Of a stretch of 22,189 nt of DNA, positions 8,559 through 16,633 are shown piece by piece; positions within the stretch are counted from its first letter, which is position 1; each line of letters starts with the position of its first letter. Both the position numbers and the translations under genes were made by a program. The DNA lies in NCBI GenBank assembly GCA_964619725.1, contig CAZUFC010000076.1, forward strand, positions 1 to 22,189, in the 5' to 3' direction. The notes under the pieces are model-generated. The model saw only the letters and a program-made list of their open reading frames with translations, was not told the origin of the DNA and searched no databases. Origin of the DNA: an uncultured bacterium. GTDB lineage: Bacteria; CSSED10-310; CAZUFC01.

Positions 8559-9551
8559 TCAGAAACGATTGAAAAACGAGTTTGAGCCTATAAATATCGA
8601 AAGTATGGTCAGAAGCAGCAGAAAACCCGGAATGTTCAAAGCGGGAACGGATATCAGCTCTGTCGGCACGGCGGAGGGAGATGGAGTGCATGAAGGTTGC
8701 GGAGTTGGTGTAAGCGTAGGCGTGAATGTAGGGAGTGAACCGTGAGTGGGAGTGTGAGCAGGAGATGTCGGTTCAGGAGTCGGATAAAGCGGTTCATAAG
8801 TGATATCCAGTTGGGGAGCATGTTCACGGGGATCGACATTCCAGCCTATGATCCAACCCCGTTTGGTTACAATGCCGGAGTAATTGTAACCCACCTGGCC
8901 GAAAGCGACCCAGTTCTGATAGAGGGCCTGCTGGATATGTGCGGCAGCTATTGGTCCGAGTTCAAATGAGCTGACGGCCCTGGGCATATCCCCCATGGCG
9001 CAGACTTCGCTGTTGTTGATGGCGTTGTAAAGCGTTTCAGCGCCGGTGGGCAGCGGGTCCGACGTCAGGCATGTAAACGCCAGCCCCATACTCATCTCGA
9101 AATAGGTGACTATAAAGCGGCAACGCGCCCAGGTAATCGTTGCAGAATCCGGAATTGATGAGATGTCGAATTTCATCCATCCCACGCGGTCAACGAAGGA
9201 CGGCGGATACAGTATTATTTCCCGTTCCACTTTGATCAGTCCCATATCGGTCTTGCCGTATTCGCTGCCGTTGTATGCGCAATGGCCTGTGGCAAAGGTG
9301 TATTCGAAAGTCTCGGCTGTCTGTTCCAGGGTTATTTCGCCAGATGCGACCCAGGCGCCCGATTCGTCTTTAACATGAACCGGCCGGGAGGAAATCCGGG
9401 CAGTGATCGTGCCGTCTTCATTCAAATAATGACGGGAAAAGGCATCGCGCAGCTCGATGATTTCATTTCCTGCGGGTAACTCCGAAGGCCTCGCAGATGC
9501 AGCGGTAAATATCGCTACAGTCATGATAAATATCAATTTCCATTCATTCAT
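8559..9551 (-). CDS. Secreted DNRLRE-like domain protein with Pro/Thr linker and IPTL-CTERM-like anchor
   Basis: Start at ATG 9551 after GAGG; signal peptide; KFDISSIPDSATITWA and PQLDITY (DNRLRE/CBM96-like); Pro/Thr linker; C-terminus VPALNIPGFLLLLTILSIFIG..NRF. Confidence 0.8.
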   Translation of the reverse strand: MNEWKLIFIMTVAIFTAASARPSELPAGNEIIELRDAFSRHYLNEDGTITARISSRPVHVKDESGAWVASGEITLEQTAETFEYTFATGHCAYNGSEYGKTDMGLIKVEREIILYPPSFVDRVGWMKFDISSIPDSATITWARCRFIVTYFEMSMGLAFTCLTSDPLPTGAETLYNAINNSEVCAMGDMPRAVSSFELGPIAAAHIQQALYQNWVAFGQVGYNYSGIVTKRGWIIGWNVDPREHAPQLDITYEPLYPTPEPTSPAHTPTHGSLPTFTPTLTPTPQPSCTPSPSAVPTELISVPALNIPGFLLLLTILSIFIGSNSFFNRF

Positions 9552-9613
9552 GATTTCCTCTTGTTTCATCAAAGCATTTCGTTTTCATTTTAAATATATC
9601 GATACTCGCCGAT

Positions 9614-10417
9614 TCAGCCGATGGAGTTATCGATCGAAATTTTTGACCCTTGTTCCCAAAGCCGTTCAAAGCTGTGAATGAGCATCACGATAAGAGAGGG
9701 ATCGGTTACCAGGTAGGTCGTATAGGCGTCTTTTCGCACGTAGAGAGTAAACATGGCCTTATCATCGTCGATAATCACCAGAATCATGGGCAAATCAGGA
9801 TGACTTCGCGCCTGCTCCCCCTCTTTAACTAGCTTTTTCATTCGTTCAAACTCATACGGGTCCTTTAATACTGCATCAGAATACAGACAACGCGATTCGA
9901 CGTTGCGGCTGAGCAGTTCAATTTCGATTGCATCCAATTCCCTGGATTGCTCCAGAAGCGGTCCTTTCCGCGGCGTGGCGGACCTGTGGACGGATAAAAG
10001 TCGTCGTCTGGTCGCTTTCAACCATTCAAATACGATATCCACATGATTAAGCGACATGACTTCAATGCCTTCCGTCTTGTTCAAAGAACCTTTTCGCTGA
10101 TCGTACAATGAGGTCAATTCCTTTAAAGCGACCTTGCTTTCGGTCAATTCCTCCTCGCGTCTGTCCATGTCCTTTTTGAATGCCGCTTCAGGAGAAACCG
10201 CACTGAAATATCTCACTTTCCCCCGGGAACTGATGACGTAACCTCGATCGATCAAGTCATCCAGAAGCGCATATACCGTCGGACGATGTATTCCCGTCAC
10301 TTTCGATAGCTCCGACGCCTTTGCGTATTCCACTTTCAACAGAGCTTCATAAACCGGTATCTCACGTTCCCTTAAACCTAACGATTTTAACTTTCTGACC
10401 AGGCTGTCGTCTCTCAT
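9614..10417 (-). CDS. TrmB-family transcriptional regulator
   Basis: N-terminal winged HTH (LKSLGLREREIPVYEALL..ASELSKVTGIHRPTVYALLDDLIDRGYV..YFSAVSPE); C-terminal PLD-like sensor domain (LVIIDDDKA..FERLWEQG). Confidence 0.9.
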   Translation of the reverse strand: MRDDSLVRKLKSLGLREREIPVYEALLKVEYAKASELSKVTGIHRPTVYALLDDLIDRGYVISSRGKVRYFSAVSPEAAFKKDMDRREEELTESKVALKELTSLYDQRKGSLNKTEGIEVMSLNHVDIVFEWLKATRRRLLSVHRSATPRKGPLLEQSRELDAIEIELLSRNVESRCLYSDAVLKDPYEFERMKKLVKEGEQARSHPDLPMILVIIDDDKAMFTLYVRKDAYTTYLVTDPSLIVMLIHSFERLWEQGSKISIDNSIG

Positions 10418-10616
10418 GATTTACATTCCCGGATCAAGACATCCGCTGCTGCATTTTTCTATCAACTCAACTCAGCCGCATAAAACTTAAGGTTTACTGT
10501 CGATTTCATGATCTGTGTTCCCGGAAAGGAGTATTGATCAAAAAATCGTCTTTTGAGGTTACCATTCCGCACAACCTCCCGTCATTTTATTTCGATCTTA
10601 CTCCCGATTGCGATAC

Positions 10617-10698
10617 CGACCCCGATACCGATCCCGGTCACTGAAACAAACTGTCGACAGTTTTGAAAGAAGTGTAACCCCTGCTTGATCAGTTCCCG
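10617..10698 (+). repeat. 82-bp dispersed repeat, copy B (in the trmB-like leader)
   Basis: Ungapped match to 2291-2372. Confidence 0.85.
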
Positions 10699-10743
10699 GA
10701 AAGAAAACGTGTCAACAGCGATAACCGCAACTATCGCAAAGGC

Positions 10744-10772
10744 ATTATAATTTTGGAAAGTCCCAAAGTCAA
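10744..10772 (-). promoter_or_regulatory. Near-consensus sigma70 promoter pointing toward the trmB-like gene
   Basis: Minus strand TTGACT (10772-10767), 17 bp, TATAAT (10749-10744). Confidence 0.7.
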
Positions 10773-10774
10773 AT

Positions 10775-10800
10775 ATTGTCGTCTTATTTTTGACGACAAT
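10775..10800. promoter_or_regulatory. Putative operator ATTGTCGTC-N8-GACGACAAT
   Basis: Perfect 9-bp inverted repeat with AT-rich spacer, immediately upstream of the -35 box. Confidence 0.55.
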
Positions 10801-10859
10801 TATTCGGCGTATGAAAAACAGCGAATAGAATAACGACAGGCATTAGAAAAAGAAAAGCC

Positions 10860-11044
10860 TTAGCCCGGATTTCTCATACAAAACCTGTTAGGAACGTCCA
10901 TATCCCCGTATCTTCAAGCGCTGCTCCTTATAAGCTTGCTCAAATCCGCGCCGCAATGCTTCCGCAGTTCTCCCGTCCGCTGCGTTCGAATTTGCGGAAA
11001 TTTGAAGGCTCTTGCTGCGATTTTTTATGAGAAATCGGTGTCAG
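10860..11044 (+). mobile_element. 185-bp MITE-like element, copy 2
   Basis: TTAG-CCCGGATTTCTCATACAAAA ... TTTTTTATGAGAAATCGGTG-TCAG; 147/185 identical to copy 1 by hand count. Confidence 0.9.
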
Positions 11045-11207
11045 AAGACTGTTTGAAAAACGTGAGAGTACTTTTTTATACTGAATTGCGGAGGTGTGAT
11101 TATTCTGTTTTTTCTTGGGACGCGATTCGTCAAAATCGTCAGCTCAGTTCCCCAATGTGTAATATTCTCCTGATCGAATAAGACGCCGCAAAAATTTAAT
11201 GAAATAG

Positions 11208-11239
11208 AAAAAGCCGGAATTCTGATCAGGAATTCCGGC
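11208..11239 (-). terminator. Rho-independent terminator of the 11849 gene
   Basis: GCCGGAATT..AATTCCGGC stem followed by TTTTT on the minus strand, ~30 bp after the stop codon. Confidence 0.75.
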
Positions 11240-11267
11240 GGTATCGCTTTTAGAAGCGATTTTGAGT

Positions 11268-11849
11268 TTAGTAATATTCGATATGAAGGTCAGCCATGAC
11301 GCTGGGGATGATTACGGCATCACGATCACCCATACCGTCGGTCGGGGCCGGGAAGTTGAACGTTACGATCAGCGCGGGAGAACCGCCGTAGCAGGCGTTT
11401 TCGAGTATATTTCTGAATGTCCAGTAATTGGGCGAAGCCGAACCCAGCGTGATGGCTCCCGGTCCGGGCAGACTCATGATGTAAGTCCCTAAAGGCGGCA
11501 GGTTGCAGATGTTGAAGTTCCAACCGTGAACTCGAACTTCAAGGTTGCCCAGGTCCAGGAAAGGCGTGCCGTCGACGGCCAGTACGCGGAAATTCAACTT
11601 CGCATCGGTTATGTCGCCGCCGGGAAATGCCGCCAAATCAAATACCAGTCTGCCGATGATCCTGTCGTCCAGGTCAGTGTCTCCAGCCTTGGGAACTGCC
11701 GTCGAACAGGTTACGCCGGGGATCAGCATTCCGTCGTCCGCCGCAGATGAAGGGATGGTTATGGTTGCCGCCGAAGCCGCAGAACCGATTATCAGACTCG
11801 TCATTATTCCGATTCCCAGAATTCTTATTGCATTGCTTAACTTTTTCAT
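11268..11849 (-). CDS. Small secreted protein, DNRLRE-like beta-sandwich
   Basis: SD GGAGG; signal peptide ending ASA-A; FDLAAFPGGDITDAKL and terminal ADLHIEY resemble DNRLRE-type domains. Confidence 0.75.
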   Translation of the reverse strand: MKKLSNAIRILGIGIMTSLIIGSAASAATITIPSSAADDGMLIPGVTCSTAVPKAGDTDLDDRIIGRLVFDLAAFPGGDITDAKLNFRVLAVDGTPFLDLGNLEVRVHGWNFNICNLPPLGTYIMSLPGPGAITLGSASPNYWTFRNILENACYGGSPALIVTFNFPAPTDGMGDRDAVIIPSVMADLHIEYY

Positions 11850-12086
11850 TTCTTGTTCCTCCGTTGAAAATCAGGGTTAATTTCGATTTCCGCCGTTTGC
11901 GGAATCAACCTTCTTAAGGGCAAAACCGGCGCCGGCTTTTCGTTTGTTTGAAATTATATTATTTTTCAATAATTTAAATGATCAGGCTATGCCTTATACG
12001 TTGAGTTTATAAATGGATTCGTATACTTTTGAAATAACAAATATCAATTCTGAACGGTCGGCTGATTTATAAATAAGGAATCGGCG

Positions 12087-14405
12087 TTAATTTTGATATA
12101 TCAAATTATCGTTGCCGTTTCTCGATTCATCATTGTCTGTATAGATATAACCCAACTGTTCGAGTTGGGCTTTAATCTTATCTTCGATGTAATGGGGCAT
12201 CTCTTCGACCCTTTTTTCATAGCCGATCAGCCAGACGAGCGCCTCAGAATCAAAAGTGAAAGCCTTTCCGAATTCAGGATGTCCGGGATTCAGGACAAAT
12301 GTATCTTTGTCGTTATCTTTCAGCGAATTTTCAGCGACATTGTCGAACCCGGCAATGATTTTATCAGCGGGGAGAGGTTCTTCACCGATTTTAAGATCAT
12401 AAATTTGAACGTTTGCGTTTGAAAAAGCCATACCGCAAACAGAGACATTGCCGAGGGGCGACAGCTCGACGGAAGCTATATGTTTGTTCGCATAAATATC
12501 CGTGAGGGGTGAAACATTTACTTCACAATCGAATGCGAGGGGATTCGCCATTGGTTTGCCGGATTCGATTTTGAGACTGAGCGGCGAGTTTTGCCGGCGA
12601 TTATCGTACCAGATGTAGAATTTATTTTGTCCGGAGATGGTTCCGGCTTCGAGCGTTTTTTTCCAGGCTGCATCGGGCGAATGATGAAGAGGAAGAGGAG
12701 CGTTTTCGCCCGGATCGTTTTTTATGTCGAACACTTTTGAGTCGCCCTGAGCGTTCCATATGACTTTTTTTCCGGCTGCGGTTGCGGAGACGAGCATTTT
12801 TTTTCGTGAGGAACCGAAGCCCAGCAGAGGTTTTGAATGCGGGAATTCAGAAAAAAGGTCGCAGGAATCCGGCGAATCGCCCGGCGTCGATTTCAGATTG
12901 TACAATCGCGATACGGTAGGCATGATATGAGAGGCGACATGTCTTGTATTAATGATACGATGTTGCGATCCTTCATGGGGCAGCTTAAAAAGTAGCGGAA
13001 TTTCCATCAGTTCCCGAAACGCGGTTCTTTTATGGTAGAAACCTCCATGCTCGGCGAATTCTTCGCCATGGTCTGAAAAAAGAAGGATGCCGGATGACTC
13101 ATAAATGCCTTCCGATTTGAGGAAATCAAGAAAAAGACCGACTATTTTGTCCGTATACCGTATACCGTCGTCATAATGATCAATTAAATCCTTCACCAGA
13201 CCCGGATAGTCATTTGTTTCAGGATTAGGCTGCACGGCATCAGGATCGGTGAATATTCTGTTTTTAGTATTGGTATTGTAAGGTGCATGAATTTCGTAAG
13301 TATGAATAAAAAGGAAAAAGGGATCATCACTGTTCTTTTTCAGCCATTTTCCAGCCCTCATGAATACTTCAGCAGCGCCGTCTCCTTCAAAATTATAAAC
13401 CTGGAATCCTCGGGCGAAGCCCCATCCCGGGGAAACGAAACCTCCTCCGGTAAAAGCAGCCGTCTGACAGCCGGAATCGTGGAACAGTTCCGCCGTAAAA
13501 GTCACCGGAGCGTCCATCAGTTGGGGGTCTTTAGCTTCCAGTGTTTGGTGACGATGGGGAGTCAATCCGGTAAAAACGGATAACATGGACGGCAAAGTCC
13601 AGGAGCTGTCGGCCGTTATCCGGGAGAAACAATCAGCATTACGGCTGAACCGGTCTATTTCCGGAGAAAGAGGACGGGGATTGCCGTAACAACCCAGGTG
13701 GTCGGAGCGGAGAGTATCCAGGCAAATCATTATAAAATTGGACTGAGCGATTCCGGGATCGGGCTTTCTTGATTTTATTACCGGGACAGTCCATAATCCG
13801 TTTTCTGCATCGTTTTGATTTTCGTCTTTGTTTTCCGAGATGAACTGAAAAGATATGACCTCACCGGCATAAGCATCCAAACTTATTTCGTATTCAAACC
13901 ATTGTCGTCCATTCGCATTGTTATCCGGATTCAAGGTTTTCCTTAAGTGACAGCGGGACTCGTCGTCCCTGACGACATTCAATCTGAATAATACTGAAGA
14001 ATCAGAAGCGATTGCATTATGATTCAAAGGATGAGCGTTCGGAGCGAGCAGGCGTTCTATGCTTCCCTCTACTGGCCTTTTATCCGGTTTCTCGGAATCA
14101 TTTGAAGCTACAACTCCTATTGCACCGAAAAGGACATCCCCTTCATTAATTTCGATTTCATAAATAAGTATTTCGGAGTCTGAGGACAAAACCGGTCTGC
14201 ATTCTCCTCCGATGGAGACATAATTGTCGAAAGTTTGCAAGGGGCTGAACCTTCCGCGGTTTTCCTCTCCCGGCAGTTGCGAATGCGGACGATCATGCCG
14301 GCAAACAGGCGAAACGATTGCGGCAAAGGCAGCTCCCACGAACATACAGAGAATGATTAGTTTAAAGCTTTTTCTGAAACAAAAATCCGAAAATTTTTTA
14401 TTCAT
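12087..14405 (-). CDS. Sulfatase-like (alkaline phosphatase superfamily) exported/membrane-anchored protein
   Basis: N-terminal TM/signal; CLDTLRSDHLGCYG, SSWTLPSMLSVFTGL, FLFIHTYEIHAPY, YDDGIRYTD, FSDHGEEFAEHG, NDPGE and terminal QLEQLGY motifs. Confidence 0.88.
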   Translation of the reverse strand: MNKKFSDFCFRKSFKLIILCMFVGAAFAAIVSPVCRHDRPHSQLPGEENRGRFSPLQTFDNYVSIGGECRPVLSSDSEILIYEIEINEGDVLFGAIGVVASNDSEKPDKRPVEGSIERLLAPNAHPLNHNAIASDSSVLFRLNVVRDDESRCHLRKTLNPDNNANGRQWFEYEISLDAYAGEVISFQFISENKDENQNDAENGLWTVPVIKSRKPDPGIAQSNFIMICLDTLRSDHLGCYGNPRPLSPEIDRFSRNADCFSRITADSSWTLPSMLSVFTGLTPHRHQTLEAKDPQLMDAPVTFTAELFHDSGCQTAAFTGGGFVSPGWGFARGFQVYNFEGDGAAEVFMRAGKWLKKNSDDPFFLFIHTYEIHAPYNTNTKNRIFTDPDAVQPNPETNDYPGLVKDLIDHYDDGIRYTDKIVGLFLDFLKSEGIYESSGILLFSDHGEEFAEHGGFYHKRTAFRELMEIPLLFKLPHEGSQHRIINTRHVASHIMPTVSRLYNLKSTPGDSPDSCDLFSEFPHSKPLLGFGSSRKKMLVSATAAGKKVIWNAQGDSKVFDIKNDPGENAPLPLHHSPDAAWKKTLEAGTISGQNKFYIWYDNRRQNSPLSLKIESGKPMANPLAFDCEVNVSPLTDIYANKHIASVELSPLGNVSVCGMAFSNANVQIYDLKIGEEPLPADKIIAGFDNVAENSLKDNDKDTFVLNPGHPEFGKAFTFDSEALVWLIGYEKRVEEMPHYIEDKIKAQLEQLGYIYTDNDESRNGNDNLIYQN

Positions 14406-14553
14406 GCAATCCTCGTTTAAGTGAAAAACATTGCAATGTCTCGACCCGGACCCAACGTATAAAGAGATTCCTGAAAAGGCTTAAAAGAAAGGAACGAATT
14501 TTCTTATGCTCATACTGTTTCTGAGAGAACATCGAACCCTATTACCCGAGACA

Positions 14554-14582
14554 ATGGTAATACAAAAAAAGCGAAGAGTCAA
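14554..14582 (-). promoter_or_regulatory. sigma70-type promoter for the sulfatase-like gene
   Basis: Minus strand TTGACT (14582-14577), 17 bp, TACCAT (14559-14554). Confidence 0.5.
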
Positions 14583-14754
14583 AAAAGGGTTTTAATCTTT
14601 TCGGAAATAAGACGGCGGATGCTTGATGCTGCATGGCGGCATGTTCGTTGGTTTTCATGAGCTGCGTTTGAGACATCAAGTTTCCGGTTGGAATTGGGCA
14701 TCTTTTTTATTATTTTTGACAGGGGATCGATTCAATTCAGAAGGAGCGAATCTT

Positions 14755-15039
14755 ATGCATGAGATACATGAAATTGAGGATGAACTGAGAGAAGAAGCGG
14801 AACATTTGAGTGAAAAATATCATGGAGCCCCTGTGGTTGTTATTGTTGGCGGTTACAAAGGGTTAACGGTACCTCGCTGCATGACGGGGACCTCGCTTCA
14901 TGCGGGTTACCGGCTTCGAGATTTAGTGGGAATGCTTGAAACCGCTAAACAGATCGAAACGCTCAAGCATTTTCGGATAGGCGCTTTCGGTAAACGGATG
15001 AAAGAAAAAAAGGGGGATGATCGAAACAACCAGGCGTGA
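14755..15039 (+). CDS. Hypothetical protein, 94 aa
   Basis: Strong SD AAGGAG before ATG 14755; helix-strand-strand-helix-like pattern (MHEIHEIEDELREEAEHL..PVVVIVGG..LRDLVGMLETAKQIE). Confidence 0.7.
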   Translation: MHEIHEIEDELREEAEHLSEKYHGAPVVVIVGGYKGLTVPRCMTGTSLHAGYRLRDLVGMLETAKQIETLKHFRIGAFGKRMKEKKGDDRNNQA

Positions 15040-15272
15040 TTTCACGGATAATATACTGCAGAAATAGTTTAATTATTTGAAGATGCCGGATTTGCCGAGT
15101 CAACGTATAACCAATCCGCATACGCCGGGGCTTCAGCGTCACAGGTTGCGCCTCCTTCGCAGACGCCCAGTCAAAAATCCGAAGGATTCGGCATTATCTC
15201 TGGACTGATGAGAAAAAAGCCATTAATATTCGATTGAGGAGAATCACTGATGGAAGGAGCGAATCAGAAATA

Positions 15273-16103
15273 ATGCAAAATCTGCAAAGATTGAATGAAC
15301 AGGTTGCCGTTCTGGAAAGGCAACTGAAAAATAAAAATAAAATAAAATGCGCGGGTGATGTGATTTTTACGGGAGTGGACTTAGGCACTGCGGACATCGT
15401 GGCGGTTATTCTTGATGAAAATAAGTCGCCTGCGGCAGGGCGATTTCGATGGGCCGACGTTTTGCGGGACGGCTTGATCCTGGATTTCGTTCAAACCGTT
15501 GAAATTGTCCGGGAATTAAAGAGAGAACTGGAGAGCATTCTGGGACGGGAATTGAAAAGTGCGTCGGGTAGTCTGCCTCCCGGAATAACGGGACGGGATG
15601 CCGATTCCGTGATGTATGCTCTGCAAGGAGCCGGTTTCGAAGAAGTTCGCGTTGTCGATCAGACGGTTGCCGCAGCCACGGCCCTGGGCATTTCAGACGG
15701 CGCTGTCGTGGATATCGGGGGCGGCACGACCGGAATATCGATACTGAAAAACGACGAAATCGTTTATTCTGCCGATGAACCTACCGGCGGCAGACACATG
15801 ACTCTCGTTATTGCCGGACGCTACGGCATGAACTTTGAAAAAGCGGAAATAAAAAAACGTAAAGAGTCGGGTTTCCCCGAACTCAACGGCATCATAAGAC
15901 CTGTCATGGAAAAAATGGCCTCAATCATTAAAAAACATATCCGAGATTATGACGTCAACTCAATTTATCTTGTTGGAGGCACGGCCTGTACTGACGGCTT
16001 CGATCAGATCGTGGAAGAAGAAACCGGCGTTCACGTCGTTAAACCCGATAACCCGCTGCTTACGACTCCCATGGGAGTCGCACTGGCTTCTGCAGCAGAT
16101 TAA
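15273..16103 (+). CDS. eutJ: EutJ-family ATPase (Hsp70/actin fold)
   Basis: GVDLGTADIV, VVDIGGGTTGISI, SADEPTGGRHM, IYLVGGT and PDNPLLTTPMGVA are characteristic EutJ motifs; probable start ATG 15273. Confidence 0.92.
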   Translation: MQNLQRLNEQVAVLERQLKNKNKIKCAGDVIFTGVDLGTADIVAVILDENKSPAAGRFRWADVLRDGLILDFVQTVEIVRELKRELESILGRELKSASGSLPPGITGRDADSVMYALQGAGFEEVRVVDQTVAAATALGISDGAVVDIGGGTTGISILKNDEIVYSADEPTGGRHMTLVIAGRYGMNFEKAEIKKRKESGFPELNGIIRPVMEKMASIIKKHIRDYDVNSIYLVGGTACTDGFDQIVEEETGVHVVKPDNPLLTTPMGVALASAAD

Positions 16104-16192
16104 CTTCATTCAGCCTCTCGTTGATGTCCCTCTAACGCGGATATCTTTTGCCGTAAAGCATAACATGCAAAATCAGCTTTTTTGATTATATG

Positions 16193-16234
16193 TTGACTTT
16201 TCAATATTCATTGGTTATATTGCCAAATGGCCAA
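16193..16234 (+). promoter_or_regulatory. arsR promoter with overlapping operator
   Basis: TTGACT (16193-16198), 17 bp, TATATT (16216-16221); TTGG-N8-CCAA palindrome (16211-16226) overlaps the -10 box. Confidence 0.75.
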
Positions 16235-16245
16235 GAGGTGAAACC

Positions 16246-16566
16246 ATGAGCCATTTCGACAAAGACAAATATGAAACGCGAGCCAGGATAATAAAAGCAT
16301 TAGCGCATCCGACCCGCCTTTTTACGGTGGATGAATTGTCCAAAGGGGAAAGATGCGTTTGCGAATTAACGGCGATGATCGGAGCGGATGTTTCGACCGT
16401 TTCGAAACATCTTTCGATCTTAAAAAATGCGGGGATTGTTCATGACGAGAAGCGCGGGTCAAAGGTATTCTATAAACTGACCGTGCCTTGCGTGTTGAAC
16501 TTTTTTGGATGTGTAGAGAACGTATTGAAAGCAAATCTTGAGAAACAGCGTTCTATGCTGGGTTAA
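16246..16566 (+). CDS. arsR: ArsR/SmtB-family metalloregulator
   Basis: KALAHPTRL, ERCVCEL (alpha3 Cys site), STVSKHLSILKNAGIV, KRGSKVFY; extra C-terminal cysteines (PCVLNFFGC). Confidence 0.93.
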   Translation: MSHFDKDKYETRARIIKALAHPTRLFTVDELSKGERCVCELTAMIGADVSTVSKHLSILKNAGIVHDEKRGSKVFYKLTVPCVLNFFGCVENVLKANLEKQRSMLG

Positions 16567-16583
16567 TTTTTTTTAGGCAGACA

Positions 16584-16607
16584 TTTGGCGTTTTTGCCAA
16601 ACGACCA
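16584..16607 (+). promoter_or_regulatory. Second ArsR-type operator between arsR and the permease gene
   Basis: TTTGGC-GTTTTT-GCCAAA-CGACCA; same TTGG-N8-CCAA-A-Y-G-R-CCA pattern as 16211-16233. Confidence 0.65.
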
Positions 16608-16633
16608 TTGAATGAAATGAGGGTTATCAGAGG

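Noticed and set aside
11881-11945. GGGCAAAACC resembling a c-di-GMP-I riboswitch
   Set aside because: It is on the wrong strand for the adjacent gene and lacks the GAAA tetraloop and second stem.
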